Shown in pieces: positions 1-12,360 of a stretch of 64,000 nucleotides of DNA (positions within the stretch are counted from its first letter, which is position 1; each line of letters begins with the position of its first letter). The stretch comes from Octopus vulgaris (Eukaryota), in contig OX597837.1 in the NCBI GenBank assembly GCA_951406725.2, forward strand, positions 18,786,001 to 18,850,000, in the 5' to 3' direction. A program made the translations under genes and the position numbers. The notes under the pieces were generated by a model. That model saw only the letters and a list, made by a program, of their open reading frames with translations. It ran no database searches and was not told where the DNA came from.

Positions 1-197
1 ATAGGCGGTTCACAAGTTTAACAACAGTGTAAGCTATAAATTATAAAATTAGCACGAAGCCTCAAGGATGCAGTGAACATCAATCTATTTAGAAATAAGG
101 GCTTCAGTCTCAATGCAACCGCAAGAAGGGATCAGAATAATAGAAAATAACAGTATGCGAGGAAACGGACAAAGAATTAAAAAGCATACCTATACCT

Positions 198-277
<80 letters not shown>

Positions 278-837
278 GAAAAATACAAACTGGGAGAAGA
301 ACGTAAAACATTTAGAAGACGATACAAAAAACACGGACGGGACATTCGAAGCCTTCAATCTTCAGTCAAGAACCGGATCATCGTAGCAATTTCGGCTGAT
401 TAATCTTGAGATCGCTCCGATCCGGCCAGCCCCAAGGAAGAACTAAGCTACGAGTATTAGATTTCTTGGAAGAAGGATCGAATGTATACGAAACAGGGAC
501 AGAAAAACGGACGATGCCACACGAATATAAAATCCAAAATGGTAAAAACAGGACAAAAACAGCGGGTGTCTTACGACTAATAAACAGTACAAGTTTAGCT
601 GGCGTATTTGGAAATAATGCCTTTATCGGCAGACGAAGACAACGATGTTCTCACGGCAGTGGTCGGAGGCCAAAAGGCTGATTTTGACCAGCGGTCACGT
701 GATGAAGAGAGAGAAAAGAAAGGGGGGCAAAGGAAACAAAGAGAGAGAGAAAAAGGGACGAAGGCAACAAAGGGGGGAGAAGAGAGAGAAAGAAGGAATT
801 AAAGAGGGGAGAAGAAAGAGTGCGTGCCAGGGATTCG

Positions 838-2013
838 AAGCAGGGATGGTAAAGAACTTCTTCGTGATTCACAAGGAATTCTGCGAAGGTGGCAAGAACA
901 GTTTGATGAACTTTTGAATCAGCAGTCTAGTTAGTGAGGATGTTCAATCTCATCCCTGGATTGCCTGTGAAGGCAGCACTCGCGGAACCACCAAAGTTGG
1001 AAGAAGTTGCAATGGTTGTCTCAAGGTTGAATAATGGGAAGTCTCTGGGCATGGATGGCATACATGCGGAGTTGTTACAGCATGGTGGTGAGAAACTTCT
1101 GCAGAAACTTCACTCTTTCTTTGGTAAGATATGGGCTAGTGAATCTGTACCTGAGGACTGGAGAGATACAGTAATGGTGGTCTTGTATAAGGGAAAGGGC
1201 AACAGGAATGATTGTGGTAACTATAGGTGAGTATCATTGCTGTCTGCTGTAGGAAAGGTTTTATGCAGGATACTTCTGGATCGTCTGCTGAAACACGTTG
1301 CAGATTGTGTTCTTCCAGAAAGTCAATCTGGCTTTCGTGTGGGACGTGGCACTGCTGATATGATCTTTTCAGCTAGACAGCTTCAGGAGAAGCGTGTGGA
1401 ACAGGGTCTGGATTTGTATCAGGCTTTTGTCGATGTGACAAAAGCCTTTGATACAGTTAATAGGAAAGCATTGTGGAAAGTCCTCTAGAAACTTGGGTGT
1501 TCTGAAAAGTTCCTTGCTTTGGTTAGGTCTTTTCATGAAGACATGAAGGGTAGGGTTAATGTTAGAGGGAAAATGTCGGAGCCCATTTCAATACAAAATG
1601 GAGTGAAACAGGGGGATATTCTGGCACCGACCCTATTTGCCATATATTTTGCGATGGATTTCTGTATTGCTTTCAGAAACTGCAGATATGGTGTTTACAT
1701 CCATTATCGAACCTCTGGCAGCATATTTATTATCAGGCGCTTTGCTGCAAAAACAATGGTATTTACCTCTATCATAAGATACCTTTTGTATGCAGATGAT
1801 TGTGATCTAGTAGCGCAATACATTTTGAATGCATTCTCTGATGCTTGCACTGCCTTAGGATTGACAGTCAATCTCAAGAAAATAATTGTCATGTACCAAC
1901 CCGCCCCTGGTAAGCAGTATAGTATACCAAATATTTATGTGTATGGTAAACGACTTGATGTAGTTGATCAGTTTGTCTACCTGGGAAGCACTGTTAATAG
2001 ATATAGCAATTTG
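838..2013 (+). mobile_element. RTE-clade LINE reverse transcriptase fragment (stops)
   Basis: GKSLGMDGIHAELL, LYKGKGNRNDCGNYR, LPESQSGFR, AFVDVTKAFDTV, GVKQGDILAPTLF, LLYADD. Confidence 0.92.
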
Positions 2014-2336
2014 GATAAACCCCCTTGATTATTATGTGTGGGGCGTAGTTGAGCGAGAGACCAACCAAACTCCTTGTAACATCAAAGATGAACTAAAGAC
2101 AAGGATTATGGCAGCATTCACCAACTTAAACAAGGAGACCATCCAGAAGTGTTGCAGGAGATTCCGAAGTCGTTTGGAGGCTGTGGTTGAAGCCAATGGT
2201 GATTTTATTGAATAAATTTACTCTTTAGTATTCAAGATATTTTCATGTAATGTCGGTAAATATATCTGTGAAGATATATAGTGTTGTTTTCATTTTTGCG
2301 TAATTTAGACGTCAATTTATTCACCACATTCGGTAT
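2014..2336 (+). mobile_element. Tc1/mariner-superfamily transposon 3' fragment
   Basis: NPLDYYVWGVVERETN...CCRRFRSRLEAVVEANGDFIE, a transposase C-terminus. Confidence 0.85.
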
Positions 2337-2347
2337 ACACACACACT

Positions 2348-2446
<99 letters not shown>

Positions 2447-3429
2447 TACATATATGTGCGTGTGTGTATGTATGTATATTATACTTACACACACACACGC
2501 ATGTATCTTTTACTTTTTCAGTCATTAGACTGCAGCCATATTGGGGCATCACCTTTGGGGGTTTTAGACGGTCGAACCGGCCTCAGGTACTTATTTTATT
2601 TAAGCCCCGTACTTATTCTATCGACTCTTCTGTCGAACTGCTAAGTTACTACAAGGACGTAAACAAACTAACACCGGTTGACAAGCAGGAGAGGGGACAA
2701 ACACATGCACAAAGATACATACACACACACACATGTACACGCACTCGCACACGCATACACACATAAATTTGACGGGCTTCTTTCAGTTTCCACCTACTAA
2801 ATCCACTCATAAGCCTTTAGTCGGCTCAAGGAGACAATTACTTAAGGTGTCACGCAGTCGGACTAAACCCAGAACCAAGTGATCGGGATGCCAACATTGC
2901 AACACTTGTGGACAACAACAGACAGCGATAATATTCAGCTCGCTTTCCCTACACCAGACTATCACGGAATATCCATAAATATAAATTTGCAAAGTATAAA
3001 CGGGATTTACTAGAGATCCGAAATCAGTCTATCGTAGTTTCCTCAAAAACAGCACAATATCAGTAGAAAACCATTCCATCAGCAGAACAAGTTGAAATCT
3101 ATTTAGAGATCAATGTGGGAAAAGAATAATAAATTAAACGAAAAGGCTGGATAGATTGAAGTTTATGTAATTACTACAAGCATGTTAAACAAAAGTTGTA
3201 CGAAATGGACGGTTCAGAGAAACACATAGTGCAATGTCCTTTGCGACGATAATGTCTATGCTGGTGGCTCGGGGTTTACACAATATTCGCCCAATATTTT
3301 AGGAAAAAAGTGATGAGCACGGCGTTTACTCAATGCGGGTCATAGACCCGCATTTACTTCAATGCGGGTCTATGAGAAGGGTGGGGAGATTTGAATCGCT
3401 ACGTCAGTCCCACGCCCTGATTGCCTACC

Positions 3430-4500
3430 AAATTTCTCCTTACAGACAAAAAGAACACCACAAAACCGTTGAATTTTGAGAGATTCTTCCACCCTCCAGT
3501 AATCCCAAACCTGTCTTGTTCTTCCTGACCAAATTTCTCTCAGAGTCCCAAGGCTTTTCTAACTTTGCACCAACAGTTATTTCTCAGCGCTTCATAAATT
3601 CGATCGCTCAGGTTTAAAAATCCTTCGCCTTGACCATCGTTATATCCTATACCATTATTCCACTTTACAGAAAACAATTTGTACCCCGTATGGAACTTAT
3701 TTCGGTCTGTGAAGTCCTTGAAGTGCTAACTGAAAGACAAAGAAATTTGATCTACTCTATCAAATCTTAGATATACAATGAATTCTGTGTTCTTAATCCC
3801 TGCTGAGAGTGAAAGAAGGACATTTATTACCCCTACCCCTCTCTCTCTCTCTCCCTCTCATACTTCCCCCCCCCCCCATATAGGAATTTCATCCGCTCTA
3901 AAGTTCTTGCTTTTATTCTTGTTTTCTTATCATTTTTGTTTTCTTTTTACTTCGCAGATATCTTTCTTTTTAATCATAATCACCATCATCTAAGCCGTCA
4001 TTTTCTTCTTCTTCTTCTTCTTCTTCTTCTTCTTCTTCTTCTTCTTCTTCTTCTTCTTCTTCTTCTTCTTCTTCTTCTTCTTCTTCTTCTCCTCATCCTC
4101 CTCCTCCCCCCTTCTTTTTTGCTTCTCTGTTTTTGTTTGTGATCAGTTTTCACTCTCTTTGCCTCGAAGGGAAGAAAATCTCGCCAGCGTGCCTCCAAAA
4201 CACAGCCTCAACATAGTTTGGCGCCATTCGTAACATTATTCAGCCAAAATTACCCTAAATGTGTGGACATACTAAGTCAGAACTCGTCGTGGTCTTTGAA
4301 AAATGCCATTTTTGTGTTGCTTCTCACTAACTTTCTGTTTTTGTAAGCCGAGCTTGAGAAATCGCTTTGTTATTTCGAAGCTGCTTTGTTGGTAGGAATT
4401 TGTTAGTTCTGTTGCACTTTTACTCATTTTTTTTATTGTTGTTAATTGGTTATCTTTGTTTCCTGTGTTGTCTCTGTGATGTAGCACATATCAATGAAAC
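3430..4500 (-). other. Possible 5' exons of an unidentified minus-strand gene
   Basis: Non-repetitive DNA. Minus-strand donor GTATGT near 4272 and pyrimidine-rich acceptor ctttgtctttcag near 3730, downstream of the CRE and X-box. No recognisable protein. Confidence 0.3.
4003..4090. repeat. (CTT)n microsatellite. Many long (TA)n, (CA)n, (GA)n and (TATC)n tracts occur elsewhere, e.g. 205-268, 2351-2440, 18131-18228, 24696-24825
   Basis: Direct reading of the sequence. Confidence 0.97.
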
Positions 4501-4585
4501 GGTTACAAGAACCGTATTTTAGGAAGCAAATATAAAAATGTGAATGTGAAGCAAATCGAAAAAGAAATAGGAAGAAGTCTAGAGG

Positions 4586-4593
4586 TGACGTCA
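4586..4593. promoter_or_regulatory. Palindromic CRE (CREB/ATF site)
   Basis: Perfect TGACGTCA in otherwise CpG-poor unique DNA. Confidence 0.45.
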
Positions 4594-4905
4594 GTAAAAC
4601 AGGAAAGAAAACTGAAAGTATAAGACTTAATAGATTTATTAAAATTAATATATATATTAAAATTAAAATTAATTTTCATCTATAGAACAAATCATGGATC
4701 TAGTCTTTCCCATTCGCAAAATGAGCCTCCTTTAATTTTGCTCAGGTTGCTTTCAGTTTTGGTGTATCGATGCAACTCTGAATTTTGATTATGATCAACC
4801 AATTACTTTATCTCATAAATTAAAGAGTCTGATGTTATTTGGAATTAAAGTTGGGAAAGTTGGGTAATTTTTGCCAATCAACAGACAACTAGGCACTAAC
4901 AGCTT

Positions 4906-4919
4906 GTTTCCATGACAAC
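4906..4919. promoter_or_regulatory. RFX X-box
   Basis: GTTTCCATGACAAC; the reverse complement GTTGTCATGGAAAC fits GTHNYY-AT-RRNAAC. Confidence 0.55.
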
Positions 4920-5434
4920 CGCACAGTGTGTCGTCCCACCTGCACATCACGAGATTTAATTCACCCACGTATTTTGTTTTAATAAAAATTTATATTTATC
5001 TGAATTTTATTATAGATATTTTTCAACAATTGTCTTCATATTTGATATATTTTTCACATAAAGCAAAAGTTGTTAGCGATGTTTATACAGTTTCTTGGCA
5101 TTATGAGGGTGAATGGAATATGTGAACTTAGTACAGAAAATTTGACATTATTTTTGAATTCTGCATGCAAAAACAAATTCTTTGTTGACCAGTGTTATTC
5201 TTGTCGTAGTTTACAAATCCAAGAATGAAAACGTTACTCAACTTTGAAGCTTTGAAGACAGACACCCCATCCCCCTTTTCACACAAACACATACGCGCGC
5301 ACACATACATATTAATGATGTATACAAATACATGACAGGTAATCATAATACTGAAATACGCATAAAGTAAACACATGCAGACAAATATATTAATATGACA
5401 AATTAAAAAAAAAAAATAAAACAATACAATCAAT

Positions 5435-5835
5435 GGCGCAGGAGTGGCTGTGTGGTAAGTAGCTTGCTTACCAACCACATGGTTCTGGGTTCAGTCCCAC
5501 TGTGTGACACCTTGGGCAAGTGTCTTCTACTATAGCCTCGGGCCGACCAAAGCCTTGTGAGTGGATTTGGTTGACGGAAACTGAAAGAAGCCTGTCGTAT
5601 ATATGTATATATATGTATATATGCGTGTGTGTGTTTGTGTGTCTGTGTTTGTCTCCCTAGCATTGCTTGACAACCAATGCTGGTGTGTTTACGTCCCCGT
5701 CACTTAGCGGTTCGGCAAAAGAGACCGACAGAATAAGTACTGGGCTTACAAAAGAATAAGACCCGGGCTCGATTAAAGGCGGTGCTCCAGCATGGCCGCA
5801 GTCAAATGACTGAAACAAGTAAAAGAGTAAAAGAG
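5435..5835 (+). mobile_element. tRNA-derived SINE with CORE-like segment (octopus OR2-like). Other copies at about 2506-2890(-), 8686-9089(-), 31517-31840(-), 41530-42110(+), 43312-43740(-), 45968-46130(+), 55547-55700(+), 60361-60520(+), 63596-63820(-)
   Basis: A/B-box head (TGGCTGTGTGG...GGTTCAGTCCC), CACCTTGGGCAAGT core, internal microsatellite, tail ...CAGTCAAATGACTGAAACAAGTAAAAGAG; many dispersed copies in the window. Confidence 0.85.
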
Positions 5836-7056
5836 AATGAAGAGGCAAAAGAAACGGTAAGATGATACATGTTGATTTTATTAGGTATTTCTGTTTATTT
5901 AGGACCCTACAATGAAGTGGTCATTTCACAGGCACTAAACTATAAATTTCACATGATACAACCTTAAAGCTGACACCGCTTCGCTAAACGCAGAAAATTT
6001 CTGTCTTGCTATTAGCTATAAATACAGCTTTTTCGATTTTTAAACCTCTGTAACTTTTTCCTCCAATTTTTTTCTCCACAACATCATATCTTCATAGAAA
6101 TTAAACTTTAAAACTTTATTATTATAACCGATATTCAGATTTCTTACTGTATTTTAAAATATGGATATTTTGCGAATGAAAAAAAAACTAGTTCCCAAAT
6201 CATATTCGCAAATATGTATTTATGACTGTTGAAATTCATGCAAAGAAGATGTGAATGTATTCTTACTTAACTTTAATTCCAAGACTGTCTCAGTGAGCCG
6301 GTAATCTCCTACATATAGTAGGACTTAATAAGTGTCGCTCAGTTTAGTTTGTTTCTTTAGAAAAACGAACCAGTTCGTATATTGCAAGTAAATAAATGTT
6401 CTTCAACAATAACAAAGTTATTTCGCTCTCTCTCAATGACACGATTGTTACGACGATCATATGTAACCGTGTTTACTAGCATGTGTTATGCTACCTTATG
6501 ATAGCGTTTTATCTAGTGTTTGATACAGGGAATACTATTTTGAAGCGGCGTATTTCGAATATGATACTCTGCAACACTTAATACATTACTTGCAAACACA
6601 ATAAATATGGGTGTCGGTATACAGAGTATCATATTCAGTAAGTTAATGAAATAAGGTTTGCCTCGTTTTCCTTTTCTTTCCTTTCTATTTTGCTCTCGTC
6701 ATTTCTACAATCTTTCAGATTTACGGTCACTCTTTCATATCCTAAACTAAGATTTAACCAAGGATACAGTTACCTAGTTAAACCTGTTTAGCCCCATACA
6801 ACACGTAGCAAAACCACTCAAAGTCACCAAAAAAACCTTGACTGTAAACTCACTGAGGATGTCTCCAGACCATCTCACACATTCAACGTAACAATAACTG
6901 CATCCCCACTAAACTGGACCTTATGGACGGAATATTCTTCAGCTTCTATTACTTCTTGAACTTCTACACAGCTCAAGAGAAACAAACAATGCAAAATTGC
7001 TTCCGTAATAGGGACCGTGCTATTTCTGCACATATAAATATCCTAGGTCCATGACC

Positions 7057-9645
7057 TCATTAAGGTAGGCTGGTTATAACGAAGAAATTAAATTCTATAA
7101 TAAGAATATGAATAGGAATAATTATTATATAAAACAGAATAACGTAAGTAACCTAAATAGAGTTAATATAGGGAGTAATATAAACGTAAATATAAACGAG
7201 AATAGAAATGTATATTATAATAAAAATAAAAAATAAAAATAATATATATAAAAGTAATAATAGAAGAACACACCGTAAAAATATGGAATTCAAGATGATA
7301 AAAAACAGGAAAAATATAAATGATATAAAGTATATAGATAGGTTGAGATTAAAGGCAAAGGATTTAAAATTAAAAGAAAATCATATAGGAGACAATACAG
7401 TAAATAATATAGAAGATAATAACGAGACTGGGGTAAATAAAGATAAGGGGATTAATAATAATATAAACATAAAGAAAAATAATAATAAAATAATATGGTT
7501 GATTGTCCCATATGGTACTCAAGTTAAAAGTAATATTATTAAAGATATCACTAATACAATTGAATCATTTATTATGGAAAATAAGAAATATATCGAAATA
7601 CTCTCTAGAAATATTATAGGAGTGGGGTATTCAAAGACTAATAATGTAGGTAATATTATTTCATCAATATATAAGTATAGGCTGAATAAATATTACTATG
7701 ATAAATTAAATAAGCATATGAATAGGAGTGATAGAGACCGTAATAGTCGTAACTGTAGAGATAAAAACCAATGCAATTTTAATGGAAGATGTAATGTTAG
7801 GGATGTAGTATATAAATGTGCGGCTTCGGTAAAAGTAGATGGGAATGGAAATAGTGGAATAAATAATACGGATATTGAAATATACCCAGATAGAACGTAA
7901 ATAGGTTCGACATCGAATAAAATTAAACAGAGAATAGCACAGCACTTGAATTCATGTAAAAATAAGAAACTTAGGAATTCTACAGGACTAAGTAAATATG
8001 TTTGGAGTTTAAAAACGAAAGAAATTAATTATGAATTAAAGTGGGAGATAATATGTAAAGCTAAATCTTATAGAATTGGAAATAGGTCATGTCTGTTATG
8101 TACCCATGAATTCATGGAGATATCATGGACTAAAACGGAGCTTCTTCTTAATGCTGAGGAGGAACGAAAAATTAAATGTAAACATAGACTGAAATACCTA
8201 ATTAATAACGCCTAACCCTAAATTTTAGCGAAAGTATTATTAATACTATTATTATTTAATATGAATAAAAACTTACCATTAGATGTGGGGATGAATAGTA
8301 GTGAGTGATTAAAGGGCGGAATAATACGAAATAATACGGAATACAAAAAGTAATGTTCCCATGATGCATTTTTGTAGTTTCGTGGACCATGTTTACTATT
8401 TAGATAATATGTTATTTAAATAATAGTTTAAAAGAAGCAGGTAGGAGGGGTGTGAGTACTTCGCAGGACTTTGCAATGTCAAGCCATAATTAAGACGTTG
8501 TAGGATAATGGAGCCATCAGTGAATTGTATATTTTCATTTACGTTACCATCGAGTTATTTTTATTTTATTTTGTAAATTTTTAAAAATTATCATTCGTTT
8601 CACTTGTAAATTTTGCAGTTCGTAATTAGTAGTATAGCTTTTATTCGAAAATCTTTATTCGTCATTGCCTCCATGTTTATTAGTATTTACTCTTTGACTT
8701 GTTTCAGTCATTTGACTGTGGCCATGCTGGAGCACCGCCTTTAGTCGAGCAACTCGACCCCGGGACTTATTCTTTTGTAAACCCAGTACTTATTCTATCG
8801 GTTTCTTTTGCCGAACCGCTAAGTGACGGGGACGTAAACACACCAGCATCGGTTGTCAAGCAATGCTAGGGTGACAAACACACTGACACACAAACACACA
8901 CACATACATATATATATACATATATACGACAGGCTTCTTTCAGTTTCCGTCTACCAAATCCACTCACAAGGCATTGGTCGGCCCGGGGCTATAGCAGAAG
9001 ACACTTGCCCAAGGTGCCACGCAGTGGGACTGAACCCGGAACCATGTGGTTGGTTAGCAAGTTACTTACCACACAGCCACTCCTGCGCCTATAATTTATA
9101 ATATTTATTTTTATTTCTATATATTTTTCTTGCCATCCCTTTTATTTCTATTTTTATTCGTATATATTTTTTTGCCATTCCTTTCTTTTTATATCATTTT
9201 ATATTATCACAAGTATATATTTTATTTTTAACCCTATATATTACTAACATAGATTTTGTAAATTTTTCTTTTTTTTTTTTCGCATTTTTATTTCTTATTC
9301 TATTTTTCTAATTTTTATTTTTTATTTTTGTAATTTTTTATTTGAATTATGGCTTGTACTGTAGGGTCCAGCGAACCTAATTTACACGTACCTATTTTAC
9401 ACATACTTATGGATTTAAAAAAAATTAAAATATAGTTTATCGTATTGAACGATGATAAAGTGATATAAGGGCCTGATGATTGGGGTTACATTTTAAGAAA
9501 GGTTCCAGCAAAACACGGAGTGGTTTAAGAACCGGGTAATGTATCTCATGAAACACGTGTTGCCAAGTTATAAAACAATAGGTATTTAAAATAAAAATTC
9601 TTTTTTATATGGTGAGAAGAAGGGGTCTACTATCTCTAAGTGAAA
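7057..9645 (+). mobile_element. Penelope-like element, 3' part: C-terminal GIY-YIG endonuclease with CxLC/KCxH motifs (resembles the Hydra clade), 3' region with hammerhead, SINE inserted at 8686-9089
   Basis: NCRDKNQCNFNGRC..VVYKC..(Y to stop)IGSTSNKIKQRIAQH..TGLSKYVWSLK..LKWEIICKAKSY..CLLC..KCKH. Confidence 0.85.
9470..9564 (+). ncRNA. Type I hammerhead ribozyme motif at the PLE 3' end
   Basis: GGC-CUGAUGA-[long stem II UACAUU/AAUGUA]-GAAA-CACGUG-UU-GCC. Confidence 0.7.
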
Positions 9646-10353
9646 ATACATACATATATATAGAGAGAATAAAACTTTACATATATAAATATAAATAACG
9701 TGAGATACACGAAGGGACGAACATAGAAAACAGACGGGTCATTCAAAGCCTTCATTCTTCAGTCAGAAACCGATTCATCATTGCAAATTTCGGCTGTTTA
9801 ATTCTGAGATCTGCTCTGAATTGGCCAGTCCCAGAAGGAAAGAATTCAACGCAACAGAGACGAACATGAAACGAAAAAATCTTTTTTGAAGACAGTAACG
9901 GTTAAAAAAAAGGATGAGACAGGCGCCCTACGGCTTTGAGACAAAATGAGACACAAAAACAATTTATCAGCAAGCGTGGAAAAACAATTACCTTTTCGGT
10001 GAGGGGACACATGTTGAACAAGCGGCCATTGGCAACGGAATGGCTGAGGCAGCAAGTCGCAAGAGGGTAAGAGAGAGAAGGGAGTAAGAGAGAGGGAAAG
10101 AGGGACAGAGAGAGAGGGGACCAAGGAGGGTGGAAGGTTGAGGACAGAAGCAGTGACCAAGAGAGAGAGAGAGAGAGAAGGAATCAGAAAGGCTGGGAGA
10201 AAAAGGCGCCAAAACAACTTGGCAAAGAAGCAATGGCGGAAGGAAAGAGAAAGTGTAAAGACATCGTGCAAGGGTGGAGATATGACAAACATAAAGAGAT
10301 TGTGCACGTACGCTGCGAAATATAGAATAAAACTTTACATATATAATATATAT

Positions 10354-10407
<54 letters not shown>

Positions 10408-10419
10408 AGACTTCACAAA

Positions 10420-12360
10420 AACAAAAAAGACTAAACAAAAGACGAAGACAGGTGATGTAGAAAAAAACATATGTATTAGTTTAACGCTCGGGAAGTGAAA
10501 AAGTCTTTAACGTTTCGAGCCCTTCCACAGAAAGGAACACAGAAAGAAACAAGGCAAGAAAATAAGGAATGTGTAGTGGCTAACGATCTATCATGCCAGA
10601 CAGGAGAGCTAGGAAGAAGGGGAGATAATAAAGTAGTGGTGATCCCAAAACAAAGGTGCGCGTGCATGTGTATAAGAGAGTATGTATGTGCGTGTGGAAG
10701 AGGGCTGGTGACCTTGACGTGTGCGTGTGTGTATGTGTAGGTGTGAAGATGTAGGGCTGGGAAGTGGTCAGTGCTATTGTGCGCATGGTGGTGTGATGTG
10801 ATGTGATGTGTTGTGTGGTATGGTGGTGTATGGTGTAGTGGTGTGGTGTGATGGTGCTGGGAGATGAGAGAGGCGAGAGTGGGGAAAGCAAGGGTGGGGT
10901 GTGGGTTAGGCTGGGGTGGGGTTAGAGGGGGTGTATGTGGGTAGGAAGAGGGTGAGAATAAAGGCGGCGTATGTGGGAGGGGATGTAAGAGATGGGTGGG
11001 GTAGGATGGGAAGGATAGGGAAGGTGGGGTTCGAATGTGTAGGGGTGGGGTGGGGCTACGAGGGAGGGGTGACGATGAAGGGTGAAGGAGAAGGTGGGTA
11101 GGAGTGAAGAGAAGAGAGAAGGAGAGTAGGAGTCGGAGCAAGAGAGGAGAGGTGAGTGGGAGGAAGTAGGTATGAGGGTGAGAGAGGGAAGGAGGTTGAA
11201 TGAAGAGAGGAAGAGAAGATTAAACCCTGTTCACGGCGCAAACGGGAGTCCGGATGGCCCCTGTGCAAGGACAATCCGAACACGGACAGGTGTTGCAAAC
11301 AGTGACCGGTAGAGCGGAAATGGCGCGAGACCGGTGTATCATTGCCGAGTAGGATGTCTCGAAGGTGTTCCGCGAATCGGTCAGCCAAGCGGCGTCCCGT
11401 TTTCCCGATGAATAGAGAATGGCAGAGAGAGCAGGAGATGCAGCAGATGACATTGGTAGAAGTGCAGGTGAAAGAGTCGGTGATGTGATGGGATCGATGA
11501 TGGGTGCCGGTGAGGAGGGTGGTGTTGGAGAGGTAAGGGCAAGTGCGGCAGTGTATGCAGGAGCAGGGAAACGAGCCGGCTTGGGAGGTTGGGTTAGGGA
11601 AGAAACTATGGACCAAGAGGTCTCGTAGGTTAAGGACTCGTTTGAAGGCGGGGAGGAATCGGTTAAGGAAGATGGGCGAAGTGGAGGGGTCGGACTGGAG
11701 TCGCCGGAAGGCTCGGAGAATGGTGCGTTGGAGAGGTAGGGTTGTGGGGTGGTAGGTGAGGAGAAATGGGAGGCGGGAGACGGCGGGGTGGGTTCGGGGG
11801 GAGAGAGCAGATGCACGGTCCATGGAACGTGCTCTGGCAAGGGCGGTGTGGATAGTGGTGAGGGGATATTCACATAGGATGAAGCGGCGAGCCATGAGTC
11901 TCAAAGTCATAGTCGTCACTACAGAGCCTGCGCAGACGGAGGAATTTGGAATAGGGAATGGAAAGCGTGGTGTGTTTTGTGTGGGAGGAGGAGAAGTTGA
12001 AGTTTGAGTGTGAGTCTGTGTGTTTGTAGTGGATGGAGGTGGTGAGAGTGGAGTGATGAATGCTGACTGAAATGTCAAGAAAGGAGACAGAGGTGTCAGA
12101 GATAATGGAGAAGTGGAGGGAAGGATGGAAGGATTTGACAAAAGAGAGGAAGGAGTCTAGATGTTCGCGGGAGAATGAGGTCGCATTGATACAGTCGTCA
12201 ATATAACGGCCGTATAGTTCGGGAGTGGGACCAGTGAAACTTGAGAATATTTGGGCCTCAACGTAGCCAAAGAACAGGTTCGCATAGTTGGGGCCCATTC
12301 TCGTTCCCATGGCCACTTCTGTACATCTTGTGACCTCTTCGGCGACTCTCCATCCCACGT
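10420..12360 (-). mobile_element. Penelope-like element (Neptune-type): RT, Zn-finger linker, GIY-YIG and a long pyrimidine-rich 3' region
   Basis: VAMGTRMGPNYANLF, RYIDDC, SFLDISV, LSIPYSKFLRLRRLCS, FPCSCIHCRTC, FIGKTGRRLADRFAEH. Confidence 0.92.

Noticed and set aside
7208-8215. 230-aa plus 89-aa Asn/Lys-rich ORFs as a novel host gene or stop-readthrough case
   Set aside because: They are one decayed PLE endonuclease frame. The TAA replaces the Tyr of the YIG motif, which is ordinary decay and not a UGA/Sec codon.
10476-11141. 221-aa Pro/His-rich ORF and G-quadruplex-prone tract
   Set aside because: This is the low-complexity 3' region of the Neptune-type PLE, repeated at 53584-54460.
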